A stretch of 64,000 nucleotides of DNA from an uncultured Clostridia bacterium (lineage in GTDB: Bacteria > Bacillota > Clostridia > Oscillospirales > JAAYOS01), in assembly GCA_947630675.1 (NCBI GenBank), contig CANRIN010000003.1:4530-68529 (forward strand), given 5' to 3'. The notes beneath the pieces are model-generated. The model did no database searches and was not told where the DNA came from. It saw only the letters and a program-made list of their open reading frames with translations. Below, in pieces: positions 63,979-64,000 of the stretch (its first letter is position 1; each line of letters begins with the position of its first letter). Position numbers and translations under genes: made by a program.

Positions 63979-64000
63979 TGGTGCACCTTCAGGGATTCGA
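63979..64000 (-). tRNA. 3' end of a further tRNA (truncated by window edge)
   Basis: The reverse complement UCGAAUCCCUGAAGGUGCACCA is T-arm 3' half, acceptor 3' strand and CCA. Identity cannot be determined. Confidence 0.6.

Overview
High-GC chromosomal segment, visibly well above 60% G+C except for a few AT-richer pockets. It comes from a spore-forming Firmicute that looks like Clostridia: spoVAD/spoVAE, a GerM-type lipoprotein, a Spo0A-like domain, CIRCE/HrcA, and T-box and TPP riboswitches are all present. About 55 protein genes are supported, mostly housekeeping genes on the minus strand. These include an OmpR/His-kinase pair with a GerM lipoprotein, comEA and dacB. A long conserved block runs rluD-lspA-ileS-divIVA-sepF, then hfq-miaA-mutL-mutS-miaB-cinA-thiI. 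The hrcA-grpE-dnaK-dnaJ operon has a perfect CIRCE, and relA-recJ follows further on. Small accessory genes include two MATE pumps, MarR/MFS, three GNAT-type acetyltransferases, an ANT-type nucleotidyltransferase, a YcaQ-like glycosylase and an MBL hydrolase. The window ends in a minus-strand RNA cluster of tRNA-Glu, 5S rRNA, tRNA-Asn and tRNA(CAT). The most unusual content is non-coding. About 3 kb (~5% of the window) in ten intergenic loci consists of a family of modular hairpin repeats. One recurrent ~270-nt six-hairpin composite shows compensatory stem changes between copies and always abuts the stop codon of the upstream gene in the same polarity. Second is a complete Tyr-type T-box leader that controls a GNAT acetyltransferase rather than a tRNA synthetase, biosynthesis or transport gene. 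No CRISPR array, transposase, integrase, prophage or recognisable defence system was seen. Novelty cannot be verified without database searches.
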